The translations under genes were made by a program, and so were the position numbers. From positions 8,122,302 to 8,186,301 of the forward strand of contig MU058065.1 in NCBI GenBank assembly GCA_013265495.1: a stretch of DNA of 64,000 nt. Direction: 5' to 3'. Positions within the stretch are counted from its first letter, which is position 1, and every line of letters starts with the position of its first letter. Positions 40,823 through 56,029 of this stretch are shown here, in pieces. This DNA is from Vicugna vicugna. Taxonomy: Eukaryota. The notes beneath the pieces were generated by a model, which saw nothing but the letters and a program-made list of their open reading frames with translations, was not told the DNA's origin and made no database searches.

Positions 40823-43800
40823 AACAAAGTACACAGTTACTGGTATTTGTGCATGGAATCAATCTTTTAGGTGTTTTAATGTTATTTGCTTCATCAGTTT
40901 ATCTTCAGAAAAAAATTCTATTAACTTGAACTGAAATTGTTTTCCAATATTTAGTTTCAATAGTTTTTAGATTCATTTTGATTACGAATTTATACTTAAT
41001 TTTGTTGGCATATGTTTAAGCGGAGACAAGAATAGGACTTGCAGCCCGGGTTTACCAGGCAAAGTTAGCTTAAGTGTTTGTCCATCCTCTAGTACAGTTT
41101 TAAAATTTTAATAACTGTAGATTCTACGTTAGCTAGACCTCACCTGTAAATCAGGCTATTTTGGTGCCTGATTTTTATTTGTGTTCAAAATCGCATTGTA
41201 TCAAATGACATCGAAGGTTATTTGACTTCCAGAGTGTTGGTAAAAATGTCTGACCCTTAAGATGAAATGTTCTAGTACCAAAATAACAAAAATTATCCCG
41301 TTCCTGCTCTTGTACTCATATTGACTTTTTAGCATTTGTTAAGAAAAAAATTATTTTTTGCAGTAAGCAATCAAGTCACATGGCATTTTAATACAGAAAA
41401 GCTTTACATTGCTTAATAAACTGTGGCTTAAAATAACAAGAAAAAATTGGAGTATTGGAGAAATGTGCTACTTCAGTTACTGTATAATACTGAGGAAAGA
41501 AGAGTGGCAGAAGTTAATGTATAAATGTTCTTTAAGAGAAGGTCAACTTCCATCTCAATCTCATTTAAATATTTCACAGTAGTTCAAATAAAGAAAAGTT
41601 TTGAGAGAATCAATTCATGGCATTCCATTCAAAAGAAACAGCTATATAGTATGCATGTGCATGTGTATGTGTTTACCCTATTTTATTGTGAGTAGATGCT
41701 GTTTACCCTCATCTTCCTGTGTGAAATACGACGTGCCCAGATTCCTGAATCTGGGCCACAAAATGCACATGCCCCAGTTTACTCAGTGGAGTGCTGTTTG
41801 CACTTTGTTAACATTATTTCTTAAAAATTTTCTTCCCTTTCCATTTTGTTGTTCTTTGCCTAACTTTATGCCTTTGTCTTATGCCTAGGTTGGCCCTCCC
41901 ATCACCAAAGTTCTTCACAATCTGCCACTCCAGAAAACAGTCTCTTTATCTGTAAAAAGAGATTAAATATTCTCTGAAGTTCAAGCCAGTAAATGACAGA
42001 ACTTAAGCTCAATAACATAACTTGTGGGTCCAAAGTTCATCCTTTTCCTACATTAGTATCCCTAAGTGTGTGCCCTGAGACATAACTTTAACTTCTCTAA
42101 GCCTCTTTTTCCTCATCTGTAAAGTAAAGGAAGCAACTGTATTAATGCCATGAGTTTGGTGTGAGGAGAGAGACAACGCAGGAGCAAAGGAGAACTGGCA
42201 ATACAGCACAATCATACTAGCTATGATCTTAAAGTATGATGCGTTCAAGTTCAGCACGGCTACTGCTCAGAGTGGAAAGAGAACATGAAAACAGGTAAGA
42301 CTGGGAAGGTAAACAGGAGTCAAGTCATGAGGAGCATTGGAAAACATGGGCCCACAATCACCCAGTGCAGGTGTCGTGAGGATTACATGAAGCCAAGCCC
42401 TTAGAACAGTCAGGCTCATGGCAAGGTGCGCGTGTTTGGTATTCCTGATAAAACCCTCCTACTGCTAATCACAGCTTAGAAACCAAAGTGGGGAAATCTG
42501 TAAGTAGAACAGCCTTGAGTTGATGTGTTTGTTATAAAGAATAGTTGCTTGGGAGGGAAAAAATAAAGACTTAAAAAGACTTAGAAAAAAGAACCTCAGA
42601 AAACAGAAGTGAAGATCCACAGCAACCCTCTAATACTGGCCTTTGAATCTTAACAAATTACACCATTTCATGTGCATGTGTGCACACACATATACACACA
42701 CACGCCTCCCTCTCAACAGAGAAACCCCTCTCTAACTGGCTCCCTTTCAAGTCACACCTCCACTGAGCATCCTATTAGGTCTGCCCAGTGGTGGCACCAT
42801 TAGGGCATTTCCCTGCATCACTGTAATCTTTTGACCCACTTTTGAGGGGCCATGCTCTCACTTGGCTTCCCTCATTGGTTTGCGTCTTCTGTTGCTCTAG
42901 TTACTCAGTTACAAAGCCCAGCATTTTTGACGATGTAGTTAATACTTTCCTCCTGTACAACATCTTTAAAAGGAAAAAAATTCTTGAACTCTGAAAATGT
43001 GGTCAGAGATCTGCACACCCTAAATCTGAGAAGTGCTTGATAAATAAAATCTTATTCAATTAAATATATTTTAAAGATGCATTATCACTACAGAAGTTTT
43101 GTTTTTCTAACTGGTAGAAATAATTTTTAATATTATTAACAAAATGAAAATACTAAATTAAAATTTTCTCTTCAAACTAGCAAACCCTAGAAAAAATACC
43201 TAAGTTCACCTTAATTATGTATTAGTGGGTTGTTTGTCCCAAAAGACCTGTAATTCTTAAATCCTTTGGTCTCTTTCTTAGTTTTCTTGGTCACATTATA
43301 ACATTACGGAAATTTTAAAATAACTTGGTACTCTAATTATTTACACACGCTCTTAACCATTTTCTATATGCCCTCAAGATGAATCTTCCAAACGTTGCAC
43401 TTAACTGCTAGCCTATATTCTTTCTTCTAGTTATATCATATCACCCCCTAGCGTTATATACGATGCTTGCAGCAAGTACATGATGACAAATCTCTGCTTT
43501 GCTGAAAGAGTGAATGTCTGTAGTAAAGCACTTTCCTGATTTACAGATTAGGTTCCCAAAGAATAAATGTAAATCCATTAGGTTCCAAGGCCAAAGTGTG
43601 CTATATAAACCTTCAAAAATATCTAGAGAAATAGTGACCGTGTCGTGACACTTTATGATGGTTGTTTTCCAAAGTCAGTACACGAAACAAACAGTGAATA
43701 CAGTGAAACACACATGATTATTCGGTTTTCCCTGGTTAACATTTTTAAAGATCCACCAATGTTTAACGCCAATCCCAGAAAATGGAGCGGCAGGCTTCAG

Positions 43801-43848
43801 TAACAACGAATAAAACCATGGATGGTTCTAGTTCAGCTAAAAAGGTTA

Positions 43849-43897
<49 letters not shown>
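43849..43897. repeat. (ATT)16 microsatellite
   Basis: Read directly. Confidence 0.95.
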
Positions 43898-45497
43898 GCA
43901 TCTGTTACTATATCTTGAGCTGCTGGAACATTTCTTGATTATTTTAAGTTTTTGCTTCACAGAATGATCTGTTATTTAGAAATTAACATGTTTTCTAGCT
44001 TATGACTCCAACTTGCTGGGTCTTCTTGGTCATTGGCATTGATTTTGCAGAATCTACCGGTTCCCCTTGATTTTCTCGTCAGTGTTTCTCTTAAGTTCTT
44101 CAATTAATTCTTTAGTTTGCTACTCAAAAACATCTTCAGAGCCACCCCCCAGTAGCTTATCTAGTGTTTCTCATCTTCATCAGTGGCCCAGAAATGCTGA
44201 AAATTCATGCACACTTTTTTTCTGTTTAACAATATAAATGTCCCTCTTTGCTTCTAGCAATGCTTTTCTGCCTTAAAGTCTGCTGTTAAATATTAATATT
44301 GCTTTCATTTCATGGATTAATGTTTTCAGTTTATATTCTGTATCCTTTTACTTTAAACCTTTCTGTTCGTTTATAGTACCTCTGTATTATTATTTGTATG
44401 ATTCTTGAGGTTCACCGTTCTTTAATCTTTATACTTTGTGTATGTAATACAATTTGACTATTTTTAATTGAAGCCTTTAGTCTTTTTATAGGTAATGTTA
44501 TTACTGACACACACACACGTCTATGCTTAAATCTCCCATCTTACTGCATACTGCATTCTCTTCCTAACCCTTCTGAGTGTTTAATTTTATTTACACTATA
44601 TTAATTTGTTAGTTATACATTCATTTTCTATTTTTTTTTTAATGATTACCAGAGATTACAACATATACTTGTAGTTTGACCTCCCCTCCTGAACAATCCA
44701 AGAACCTTAGGACATTTTAACACTATTTACTCTCTTAAACCTATATGCTGTTGCTATAATTTCAGTATTACCCTCAAATTTATTTTTGCTATTATTTATA
44801 CAGTCTATCGTCACTTGCATTTACTTATTTCCTTTTTGACTCTCATTCTTTCCTGCATCTTCAAGTTTTCTTATTTCTGTCCAGTAGGTGGATCTGCAGT
44901 AATAAGTTTTTCATTTGAAATTGTCTTTATTTCACCTTCATATTTTAAGACTATGGTCACTGAGTATAGAGTTTGAAGAACTTTGAAGATATAAACCTAT
45001 TGTCTTGTAGAGTCTATTGTTAAGAAGTTGACTGCCTGTCTTGGTGCTGCTCCTTTTTTTCTACTAGTTGTTTTCAAGGTATTCCTTTTGTGTTTGGTAT
45101 TCATACTGACATTCTTAGGTGTGGTTTTCTTTGCACTTATTTTGCCTAAGGCTTACAGAGATTCTTCAATCTGTGGCTTGATTTTTTTAAATTGATTTAT
45201 AATTCTTACCCATTATGACCCTTTTCTTTCTGGTACTCGTTACACAAGTATTACAACTCTTCATAGTATCTCTTATGTCTCTTACACATGTTCCTTTCCA
45301 TTGGTTTTTGGGCTTCTGGGCACTTTCTTTTGTCTTTCAAGACACTGGTTCTCTCTGCATCTAATTTGCTATTAAATCCATCCATGGAGTCTAATTTGAA
45401 TTACTAAATTCTTGTACTGTTTTCAGTACAAGAACTGTCTTTTCTTGAATTAAATTGAAATTTTTAATCTTGTCTTTTACTACCTTGACCATATTAA

Positions 45498-45529
<32 letters not shown>

Positions 45530-45531
<2 letters not shown>

Positions 45532-46265
45532 TTATATTTTATTTAAGTATAGCCAGTTTACAATGATGTCAATTTCTGGTGTACAGCATGCTTGTCATAT
45601 GTATACATACATATATTCATTTTCATACTTTTTCATCATGTTACATTGAATATAGTTCCCTGTGCTATACAGTATGAACTTGTTTATGTATTTTATATAT
45701 AGTAGTATCTGCAAATCTCAAACCCCCAATTTATCCCTTCCACCTCTGATAACCATAAATTTGTTTATGTCTTTGAGTCTGTTTTGTAAGTAATTTTTTT
45801 AGATTCCACTTATATCATATGGTATGTTTCTCTTTCTGGCTTACTTCATTTAGGATGACGATCTCCAGGTCCATCCATGTTGCTGCAAATGGCAGTTTTT
45901 TTAATAGCTGAGTAGTATTCCATAGCATAAATAAACTTTATCCAGTCACCTGTTGATAGACATTTAGGTTGTTTCCCTGTTTTGACTATTGTAAATAATG
46001 CTGCTATGAACACTGGGGTGATTAGGGTGCATGTATCTTTTTGAATTAAGATTCCCTCTGGATATATGCCCAGGAATGGGATTGCTGGGTCATATGGTAA
46101 GTCTATTTTTAGTCTTTTGAGGAATCTCCATATTGTTTTCCATAACAGCTGCACCAAACTACATTCCCACCAGCAGTGCAGGAGGGTTCCCTTTTCTCCA
46201 CACCCTCTCCAGCTCTTCTCGTTTGTGGGCCTTTGAACGTTGGCTGTTCTGACCGGTGTGAGGCA
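45530..46265 (-). mobile_element. 5'-truncated L1 nested in an older degraded L1 (about 44200-46600)
   Basis: ORFs 45846-46157 and 46109-46324 encode the L1 ORF2 C-terminus ([10 protein letters not shown]..., [22 protein letters not shown]). Confidence 0.88.
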
Positions 46266-47479
46266 GTTATTTTTAAATCAACATCTAACTCTTTTATTTG
46301 GATACCCTCTGGATCTGGTTCCACTATCCATTGTTTCTATTGGTTTTCTCTCCTTGTATACTTGGTTATTTTTACTTGGGTGATAGATACTACACATTAA
46401 AAAGTATAGACAATTTATCAAGTTTAGAACATTTTCTAGAGAGGATTTACATTTGTTTCTTGTAGGCAGCTAGGGTACTAGGAATTCTAAATTAACTGAA
46501 TCCAATCATAGATTAAGATGATTCAGTCTCAGTAAAGGCTTGTTTATTTCTTGTTCACTTCTACTCTCAGTCTGCAGCCTGCTTTTACTCCATACTGGGA
46601 TCACACCATATCAAGGGAAGGGCTAATATCCAGGCAAGAACCTGGGCAACTTAAAAGAATCACAGACATGGAAACTAATGATCTCTTAGGGTACTTCCAC
46701 TAAAAGACTCAACTCCAACTAACCACCTCTTTCTGTGTGTAACTCTAATTTATAAATTCCCAGAAGAAATAATTTAACCAGTTATATTAGTTTGCATCAT
46801 GTGACCATCCTTTTGTGGCTAAGGGAAAGGATCCTATCGGTAGACCATCATAACCAATGGAATGAAGGTAAGTTGCCCAAAGGAGAGGTTTGGGGAGACA
46901 AAAGTCTTGTTACAGAACATAAGGAAGAGAAAGGAACAGACAGCAAAAGATGGGGAACAAATCTGGGGAAGAATATAGGATTTCAGCTCTAGAAATGTCA
47001 AAACAGGCTTCTGGGAAACATCTGTGGAAAAGAGATGGGACACTAAAACGGGGTAAGTGAGTACAGCTGAATGAAGGGACTAAGGTCAACAGTGTGGGCA
47101 GCATTAAGGGAGATCGACAGTGGGGGAAGCCTCCCAGGACTAGTAACAATGGAGGGTCAGTACCACCCTGCATCACCAGGCCTGCAGGACTAGGGGGAAG
47201 GAGTGGGTACTAAATCTCAGCAAGAGCAGCGGCAAATACAGGAAAGAGCCACCTGAGAGCTGAAGCCTTCAGTACAATGGTCTACCTGAAGCAACTCTGC
47301 GAAGAGCAGAGGAAATAAATACCATGACTCCACTTTCTTCTCATTTGCCAAGTCTTCTTCTGGTGCCTCCCATTCACTGAACTTAACCAGAAGCCAGAGA
47401 AGAAGAAAACCCACCGCTATCGCCCATACAAGCAAAGAATCTCCTGGAGTAGAGCTGAGTGGTAAAGGTGATGGATCGG

Positions 47480-49260
47480 GCCTCACTTTTCTGCTTGGTG
47501 CTTCAGTGGCATAAAGAACCCAAAATGATCAAAGAACTGTCTCAAGACTTCAATTTAAATGGAATAAAGGTTGTGTTCCCTGGAAGCATTTCTACCTTAG
47601 GCACTAAGACCTCCAAACCCATCAAACTCAAGGTCACAACACAAGAAAAACAAAAATGCCTTCAATGGGTCAACTGGCATAACTCTCAGGGGTGAATTCC
47701 ACTTCTATTCCTTGATTTCTTGACCTGTGCATCCTGGCACTAGGGGAGAAAGCATCATATACTGATAGGTTTAAGGCATATACTGTATCTTGTAAAACAG
47801 TACCTAACCTCAGAGTTAACTCCTGTATCTTGTAAAACAGTACCTAACCTCAGAGTTAACTCCAAGCTAGTCCTGTTACTGAGCCTTTGGCAAACCATCA
47901 AGTCTATCAAGCAAGCTGACTCTGCACAATGGGGCACATGGTAAAACCAATGATTTCCATGAGGATGAGCCGCCAAGTTCTGCAATTCCTTCACTTTCTT
48001 CAGTAAGAGACTATACTGTATGGGGTATCAATGATGAATAAGGTGTTCTCTAAGCCCATGAACACTGATACTGGCAGACATCACTGTAGGAAGACAAATC
48101 TACACCCATAACACATCTATCTGTAAGACAAACTGCTGTCCTTTGCATGATGAAAGACATGCAATGTCATCCCTTGGCTTAACGGCACCCCTACGGAATG
48201 GTGTCACATTAGCTCACCATTGGCCTCTCCTGTTGCAGTCTGCTACTCACCAGAGTAAACAGCTAGGTCATCCTTGGTAAGGGGAGGTCCCTTTTTTTGA
48301 GCTCATACACAGGCTCCATCTCCACTATGACTGCTTTGCTCATGGGCCTACTGAACAAGTGCCAAGGCAGTGGCTGGGGAAAACAGCAGGCACCCACAGA
48401 ATGGGTCATCTTATTCATCTGACTAGCAAGAACAATATCCATAGTGGATGCTTTCTGGTAGGCATTTACATGGGATACAAATATCAACTCTGTACTCTTC
48501 CTAAAAATTGCCTGGGTATTTATTCCTGCAACATCTTGTCACCAATTTTTGATTCTTATTCTTTTCAACTCTCTCAGCCAGCTAATCTCTGGATTAGCCA
48601 GCTGGCTAAATCTAAGACCCTGGAGCAGGTTTAAGTTGTGACCCAAGACACTCTGCCACTTAGTCCCCACTACCCAGCAAACTGAACATTCCATTGTAGA
48701 ATGGAGGCTACTGTACACACCTGATTTTATAGGCCAGGTAGCAAAGTTTACAACCAGCAGTTTCTGACACATAAACTCTCATGTTCTATGTTCAGTCATT
48801 CTACCAACAGCAAACAGGAGCTACTTTTCAAATGGTTAATAGATGTTTAAAAAAAAAAAAGTCTCTAACTCCAAACCCCTAGCACACCATTCTCCTTCTG
48901 GAGCATTACAGAACACATCTACCAGAGACGCTCCCATTTATTGGGATTTTCTAGGTCATAGAACAGCAGAGTAACATGGACTATGACTTGGACCCCACTC
49001 CAAAGTCCTTTCCCTAGTCTCCACTCAAAACTGCCTGCTTTACAGGTTACTCAGTAAATGAGACAGAGCAGCACACCTAAATGTGTTTTGCCTCCAAAAT
49101 CCAAACAGATACAACAAACATTATGCCTCTTTCTTAGAGACGGTTTAAGGTGAGGAAACTTGTCTGTCGCTTTAGACAGGCAAGGTGACCTATACCACTG
49201 TATGCACGTCAAAGGCATGTAAGATCCACAAAACCCCCTTACCTCACCCAGTCATGTTAT
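47480..49260 (-). mobile_element. Ancient ERV-L internal (pol) relic
   Basis: Degenerate peptides IFVSHVNAYQK...QMNKMTHSV (RNase H end) and HGNHWFYHVPHCAESACLI (integrase) resemble ERV-L pol; many frameshifts; boundaries approximate. Confidence 0.75.
47783..47862. repeat. Perfect 40-bp tandem duplication
   Basis: ctgtatcttgtaaaacagtacctaacctcagagttaactc present twice head to tail. Confidence 0.95.
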
Positions 49261-51673
49261 CACAGTATATAATGGATCACTATGATCTTCTGTGAGATCA
49301 ACATGGCATGATGCTGGCTCCCTATTGTCAAAAAATCTTGCCTTAGCTCCTCATTCCTTTTGGATCAAAAATATACCCTACAAAAAAATGCTTCCTCAGC
49401 CTGAACCTCCCATCTCTCCTTCTTCCCCATCATACTTCATCCTTTTGCCACAGGCAGTTTCCCTCCCAATTCCACCTCCTTTTCTACTGAATTACAGCAC
49501 CACCATATCCAAACTTAGTAATCTTTCCCTCTCAAGATCCACACCATTAGTGAATGTTCTGAGGCCTAATTCGTCTGAGGAAAAAACTTTTATACCCTTT
49601 TTACAGATGAGGAAACTGAAATTCAGAAAAAGAATCAACTTGTTCAGGCTTACTAGCTAATGAGAAATTTAAACTCCTACTTCTGACTCTAGAATCCTTA
49701 TTTTGAACTACTGTGCTAAACTTTCTTCCTCATGTCCTAAGTCCATTGTTTCCAAATAAATTTTAGGAACATTCTGCAGAGTTCTAGGGAAAGAAAAATA
49801 AGCATTTTGATGGGAATTGCCTTATGTAATTACGTTGGAACACTTCTATCACATAGTTTAATGAGGCTTGTTGTTTCACCCCTACTAGTGAGCTCTGAGA
49901 GTGGTGATCAATCATGTCTTGTCCTTATTTTAGGAACTGGTCAATTCACTTGTTTTAATGAATGGTCTCTATCCTCAACCCCCTTCTTCACTAGCTGGAT
50001 CCACAAAAAATACCTGTAGGTCTTTGGTGTCAGCCATACCACCCACTCTCTGGACGCTCCTCTCAAGGGTCCTGACCTACAGGGCTGACTATGGCATGAC
50101 ATTAACTTGCCCCTGAATTTATTTTGACTGATACATCCCAAAACATATAATCAAAGTTTCCCTTTCCTGCTGTTCAATTTTGGCCCCAAATGCTATCAAC
50201 AACAAAATGGCTTTTGGTATTCCAAAGGATAATAGTTAATTGTAAATTTGTTTTAACTTTATACAGACTGCTTAGTTCCGGTTGCTAGCTTCAAAACTGC
50301 TGAAATACTCTATCTTAATCGAGTCGTCCCAAAGTTCCTTCTCAGCGCCAAAACTCAGTTTCTAGTCCTCATCTCTCCCTGATAATCCTTTAAAACAAAG
50401 CTCAAGTATCCCCATCCCTCATTTCCATCCGCTAAACAAAACCTGGAATTAGATGTGTTCCTGTTTTGGCTTTCTGGATACCTGTATACACATGCAAATG
50501 GTATTTAGAATACAAGATGGCCTATAAACTTAGTCTGGTGAGGAACACATGCCTTTTTCATCTTTATATCCTGATGTAGTCAATTAAACAACTTAAATCA
50601 AAGGTTCAGAAAACCACTGTAAAAACAAGCCACAAAGTTGGGATCTTTAATCTATAAAGATTTAAGAAGGAACACTCCTGAACCCATAAAAAATAAGACA
50701 GCCTAGCACAGTGAGAAAAACACGGACTACGAGTCAGAAACCCAATTTTCAGCCATACCCCCACCAGCTGCCTTCTGTAGCCTTGGAAAAGCCACTATTT
50801 TCTTAGCCACAAAACTATTTTGACAACCTCCTAGTTTGTCTCTATGTCCTCCATCCACCCCCTTCAACTACCATAAAAAACAAGTATGCCTAGTAATACC
50901 AGCTCTGGAGCCAAGAATACATGGATTGAAATCCCTAAAGTTGAGGGATTAAATGGTACTCCACACTTAGAATATTCAGGCTCAACATTACCTCACTGCT
51001 TACAAAATTCTGATGATTCTCTATTGCCTACAGAATCAGAATCACATCCTGATTTCTAAGAAAAGTCACACAAAAGCCTTCAAATAAGACTCCTAAGTTA
51101 GTAATCCCAGCTCCCATCATTCCATTCTACTATCAGGCATTGCTCATCCAACTAAAACAGACAAAGGTTAAGTAACAGACCACACAACTATCTAAGGCAG
51201 TTTGGCTGAGTTGGTAATTCTTAACCACAGCCACCTGAAGCTTATTCATTTCCGAATGCGGATGCAAAGTCCTAGCCATTCACCTGGGAATTTCTGAAAA
51301 CCTGTGTCAAACATCTCTACAAAAAGTTAACATGTGGTGATACAAAACACCAAGTTAATAGGCAATATATGTCATCCTACCTTTAAAATATTAAAAAAAA
51401 AGTATCAGCTGATTTTAAAATAAATTTTCACAATTTGAACCACTGTATCTCCAAGAAGTCAATGAGGCTCATATTCTTTTATCATGTATCATTTGACTAC
51501 TAAAAAAACAAACAGAACTGGATTTTAACATCTCAGAATGCTTTTCCAACAAAAATTAGAAGGATTTTAATATCCAAGTATTTTTTTAGAAAGCAAAATT
51601 AATGTAATGCAATTAAGAACATCTAATAAAAGTAACAACAACCCAAAGTAATTTTGTTACATAAATTAACCCA

Positions 51674-51679
51674 TTTATT
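51674..51679 (-). terminator. RPL37A: RPL37A polyadenylation signal AATAAA
   Basis: tttatt on + strand about 33 nt after the stop codon, followed on the minus strand by U/GU-rich sequence. Confidence 0.9.
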
Positions 51680-51711
51680 ATAGGCTAGCAATGTTTCAAA
51701 TGGTGGTGCTT

Positions 51712-51861
<150 letters not shown>

Positions 51862-52992
51862 TTACAATGTTGATGATGGTGGCATCCATTTAACAGTTGT
51901 GACTTCAGGATCTCATGCATCTGATTTCTCAACTATCAGAGCATGAAATTAACAGGAAGGAATGGTTGCAAGAGGCCAACTAAACTCATTAAAAGGAAAT
52001 GGACAGAATGTCAGAAAAAACAAATTATACAATGGTACAATGACAGGTATCAAGAAAACAGTGTCTAAAGCAGTAGAGCAGACTACATATAGCACACTGA
52101 AAATAAAAAAACGTTTTACAACATTCAGGAACTGTACCTAAAAACCACATATCCATCCCACCCCTCTAAACATGAACGCTAATTCATTTTACCATAACCA
52201 CCAATGAACACCCCACTCCGTTTTCCCTCATAAAACCCCCACAGAATGCATACATATATAATACATATCACATTATCATTTCAACATTTTCCAGTATTTT
52301 ACCCTCCTTCAATTTTAAATTAAAAAAAAATCTAACAATTTCAACTACACTAACTGTATCAACTTTACTGTACGTAAATGACTAGGGTACTGGACAGCAC
52401 AAGTCTATACACTGGCTCGAGGGAAAACACCTCAGCCTTCAGGGTCAGCAATGAATTCCAAGAATAGAGGCCCTCAGGCGTGGCTTGAATTTCCAGAAAT
52501 GGGCAAACTTAAAAGTCCACACGAGCAATAACCAGCATAGAGGGAATCTCAGCAATATCACCTGGCCCTCATCAGTCACAAAACTGAAGAAGTCCAACCA
52601 ATACTGTTTATAATGGCAAAGCTGTGGTGGCCTAGATGGCCTCAATACATACGCAGTAGTAAGCTAAAAGACCTCTTAGTTTTTGTAAAAACAGCCTGCC
52701 ATACAAGTATTCAGAAGTCTGCCCAACTAACGGACCTGCACCATACACACTGATAACTCTAATGACTCTTTAAAATTCTAAAACAATGTCAACAAGACTC
52801 TATAGTTTTATTTCAGTAGTTTTGTTTCTACTGAATAACTGAAAATAGACTCTAACGCTCAAAGAGTCTTGAAAAAAAAAAGAGCACTTTACTTCCTCAG
52901 TCTTTTAAGAGTTAAAACTAGCCCATCCAGCATTACACCTGGATTTCTGACGTGGTCCACACACTTCCAAATACCATAAAGAAACGGACTCA

Positions 52993-53148
<156 letters not shown>

Positions 53149-53423
53149 TTACACTAGAAAACTAAAGCTGATGTATTTTATGAAGTATGTGGTTCATTTT
53201 TCTAATTTTAAGTTCCCTGGTGGAAAATTTGCATTCACCATGGTGACACTGTCACGGATGTGAAAGACGAGCCCCCCCCGCCCAAAAAATAGCTATAATG
53301 CACACAGAAAATATTAAAAAAAGGAAAAACTAAACAAAAAACTCTAGCAACACCAGAAGACAAAACCGACAGCCAATGGTATGTGCAATTCTAACCGCTC
53401 GACGACTTAGAACCAGCAAACTA

Positions 53424-53630
<207 letters not shown>

Positions 53631-54011
53631 TTAAAAGAGTTGAGAGAAATCAGTGACATTAGGTCCCAGGAACAGAGGCCTTGCCCTCCGCCCAATCCAG
53701 GCGCCTCCCTACCCCATTCTTCCACTCTCCCAGCCCGACTGTCACCTAGCTTCCCCTACGCCAACCCGGTAAAGAGGCCCCACACTGGCCCTGTGCACCG
53801 AGGGCACCCCGTTAACCCCGCCGGATGCCCCAGCTCCCGCCAAGCCGCTCCGACCCCTCGCTCAAGTTTCCGTCCGAGAGAAGCTGCGAGAGCACGGAGG
53901 CCTGGGCCACGGCACAGAGCGGGCGAGCAGAGGCGGGTTAGCGCGGAAAATACAAGAAAAAGGCAGATGAAGGCGGATAGATATCCAGGCCTCCAAGAGG
54001 CCGATACTCAC

Positions 54012-54014
54012 CAT
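54012..54014 (-). CDS. RPL37A: RPL37A coding exon 1 (ATG only)
   Basis: Minus strand ccgacATG|GTGAGT: start codon immediately followed by a canonical donor, downstream of a pyrimidine TOP tract. Confidence 0.97.
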
Positions 54015-54038
54015 GTCGGAACAAACAAGTCCAAGCCC

Positions 54039-54051
54039 AGAGAGGAAGAAA
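54039..54051 (-). promoter_or_regulatory. RPL37A: 5' terminal oligopyrimidine (TOP/TCT) initiator; TSS near 54048
   Basis: Minus strand TTTCTTCCTCTCT about 35 nt before the ATG, typical of ribosomal protein genes. Confidence 0.85.
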
Positions 54052-54083
54052 TACACTGCGCAGGAGCGGTTTTAGGCCGGCGA

Positions 54084-54095
54084 GCGGAAGTGACG
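54084..54095 (+). promoter_or_regulatory. ETS(GABP)-CRE composite motif GCGGAAGTGACG in RPL37A promoter
   Basis: Exact CGGAAGTGACG about 40 bp upstream of the inferred TSS. Confidence 0.7.
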
Positions 54096-56029
54096 AGTAG
54101 GAGGCCCATCTAGGAACTGAACTCTATGGTCTGGAGGTTTCCTCATACCCAGTGCCTCCTGGGTAACGTGGCCAGCTGTATCTCCTTCAAGTTTACCCTG
54201 ATTCACAAATTGTAGCAACAAACTATAACGCAGAAGCTGTTCACACATCGACATTCTCTTACGCATATTTCACGAAATTCTGCAAAGCAGGTACGATTTC
54301 CTGCATTTTATTGACAAGGAAAGATTCACATTTTAAGTGACTTATCCACTTGCACTTGGCTTGGAGAGGCACTTAAATCTTATGACTCTAAATCTTGCTG
54401 CTTTCTGCATTATGCCTTCTAAAAGCGGCAAGCCTTGTGTAGGGGGGCCAGCGTAGAGGTGACTGAAAACCATGGCTCCGCTCTCATCAGTTATAGTCCA
54501 GCGAGGGGAAGCCATGGGACCACATTGACAAGTTCTAAAATTTAAAATTGATCAGAGCTCTGAAGGAGGGAAGATGATTCCACCTGCACCTCAAACGGAA
54601 GAGCCTGAACAAAGTCTGAGATTCGAAAGCTTAAGGGGAGTGAACAGGAGCAATGGTCTTTTAGCTTCTCCCTCCGTGTGAATTCCGATGGCCTGACTTT
54701 TGTTTCAGTACAGAATCCACTCCCATGATTGAAGCAAGGTCAGGTAATCACAACAATGGTAACAAATGGCTAGAGTTCACAAATGATTTTAGTATTAACT
54801 GTCTCAAATTGTTTTGCTTGTGGTCATGTTTCTTCACAAGTGTATTAAAACCACCTTGCAAGCAGTTAACATACTTCGTACTTCATAGGGTTACAATCTT
54901 TGGACCCTTCAACGATTTGAGTGCGGCACTGGGAGAATCACTGGGACTCGCAGCAGCAGAAGTGGTGATAATAATGCCAGCTGGTGTTGGTTGAAAGGTG
55001 ACATGTGGTAGGCACTGTTCTGAGTATTTTACATGGATGTTCACATTTACTTTTGACTACGATCCTTTGAGCTAGGAAGAATCATCTTCACTATTAGGAT
55101 AAAAAGAGGAGGTCTCATGTAATGGTTAGGAACGTAGGTCTGGTTTAAAGCAGGGCTCTGCTATTTACCCCTTATGGGACCTCTGACAAGTTATTTTATT
55201 TTTTTCTGTGCTGGCTTCCTCAACTGTAAAATCTGAATAACTGTAATACCTACCTCGTGAAGTTGCTGTGAAGAGTCCATGAGTTAAATGCATGAAAAGT
55301 TTTTGCCACAGTGCCTAGAACATAGACAACACTAAACAGGTAACTATTACTGTTCCTATTTCAGATGAAGAAACCACGACCCAGAGAGGTTAAGTACTTT
55401 GCCCAAGGTCGCACAGCAATCAGTAGTGGAACTAGAACTCAAATCCAGGTGTATCTGACCCCAAAGTAAGTTCTCTTAATTGTTGGCTTGTATCACTCCA
55501 AGTCATATTTATTGCACTGAAAAATCATAGAAGAAAATGTACTTAACTTGAAATCAGGCACTCAGTCCAGGCCAGGCTTTGTGACCACCTTGTGGTATGC
55601 CTGGTTTAGCCACAGTCCCTGCATGACCTGGAGAATGGCCTCCTTGCCTCCCAGCAGTGACCATCTTTTCACAATGAGGGGCTTGACCCAATGGCCTCCA
55701 AGGTCCCACCAGTTCTTATGTTCTATGATTCCAGGAAATGTTTCCAGACTTTGAGTGCTACTGTGGCAGCTGACTGACCAGGCAATTTGTCTTGTCACCA
55801 TCCTGTCGACTTTTTGTGGAACAAAAATAGTTGTCTCTTTATCCTCCCCAATCCATTACGCCAGCTCTAGCTTCTTCTAGACAAAAAGCAAAAAGTCTAC
55901 TGTTCTGTGTTGTGGATAGTGGGAATATTTAAATTATTTTTGTCTTTATACATTTCTGTATTTTCTAGTTATCTCTTATAATAAGCTTGTATTTATAATC
56001 AGAAAAAAGTACAATTAAAAAAAATCCCA

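Noticed and set aside
42780..43850. Possible degraded hAT transposon body
   Set aside because: The composition is suggestive, but I could not confirm paired TIRs or transposase motifs by eye.
51868..51926. TGATGA...CTGA box C/D-like pair in RPL37A intron 3
   Set aside because: It lies on the strand opposite the host gene and has no terminal stem. A sense-strand candidate (52474-52575) also lacks a stem and the usual position.
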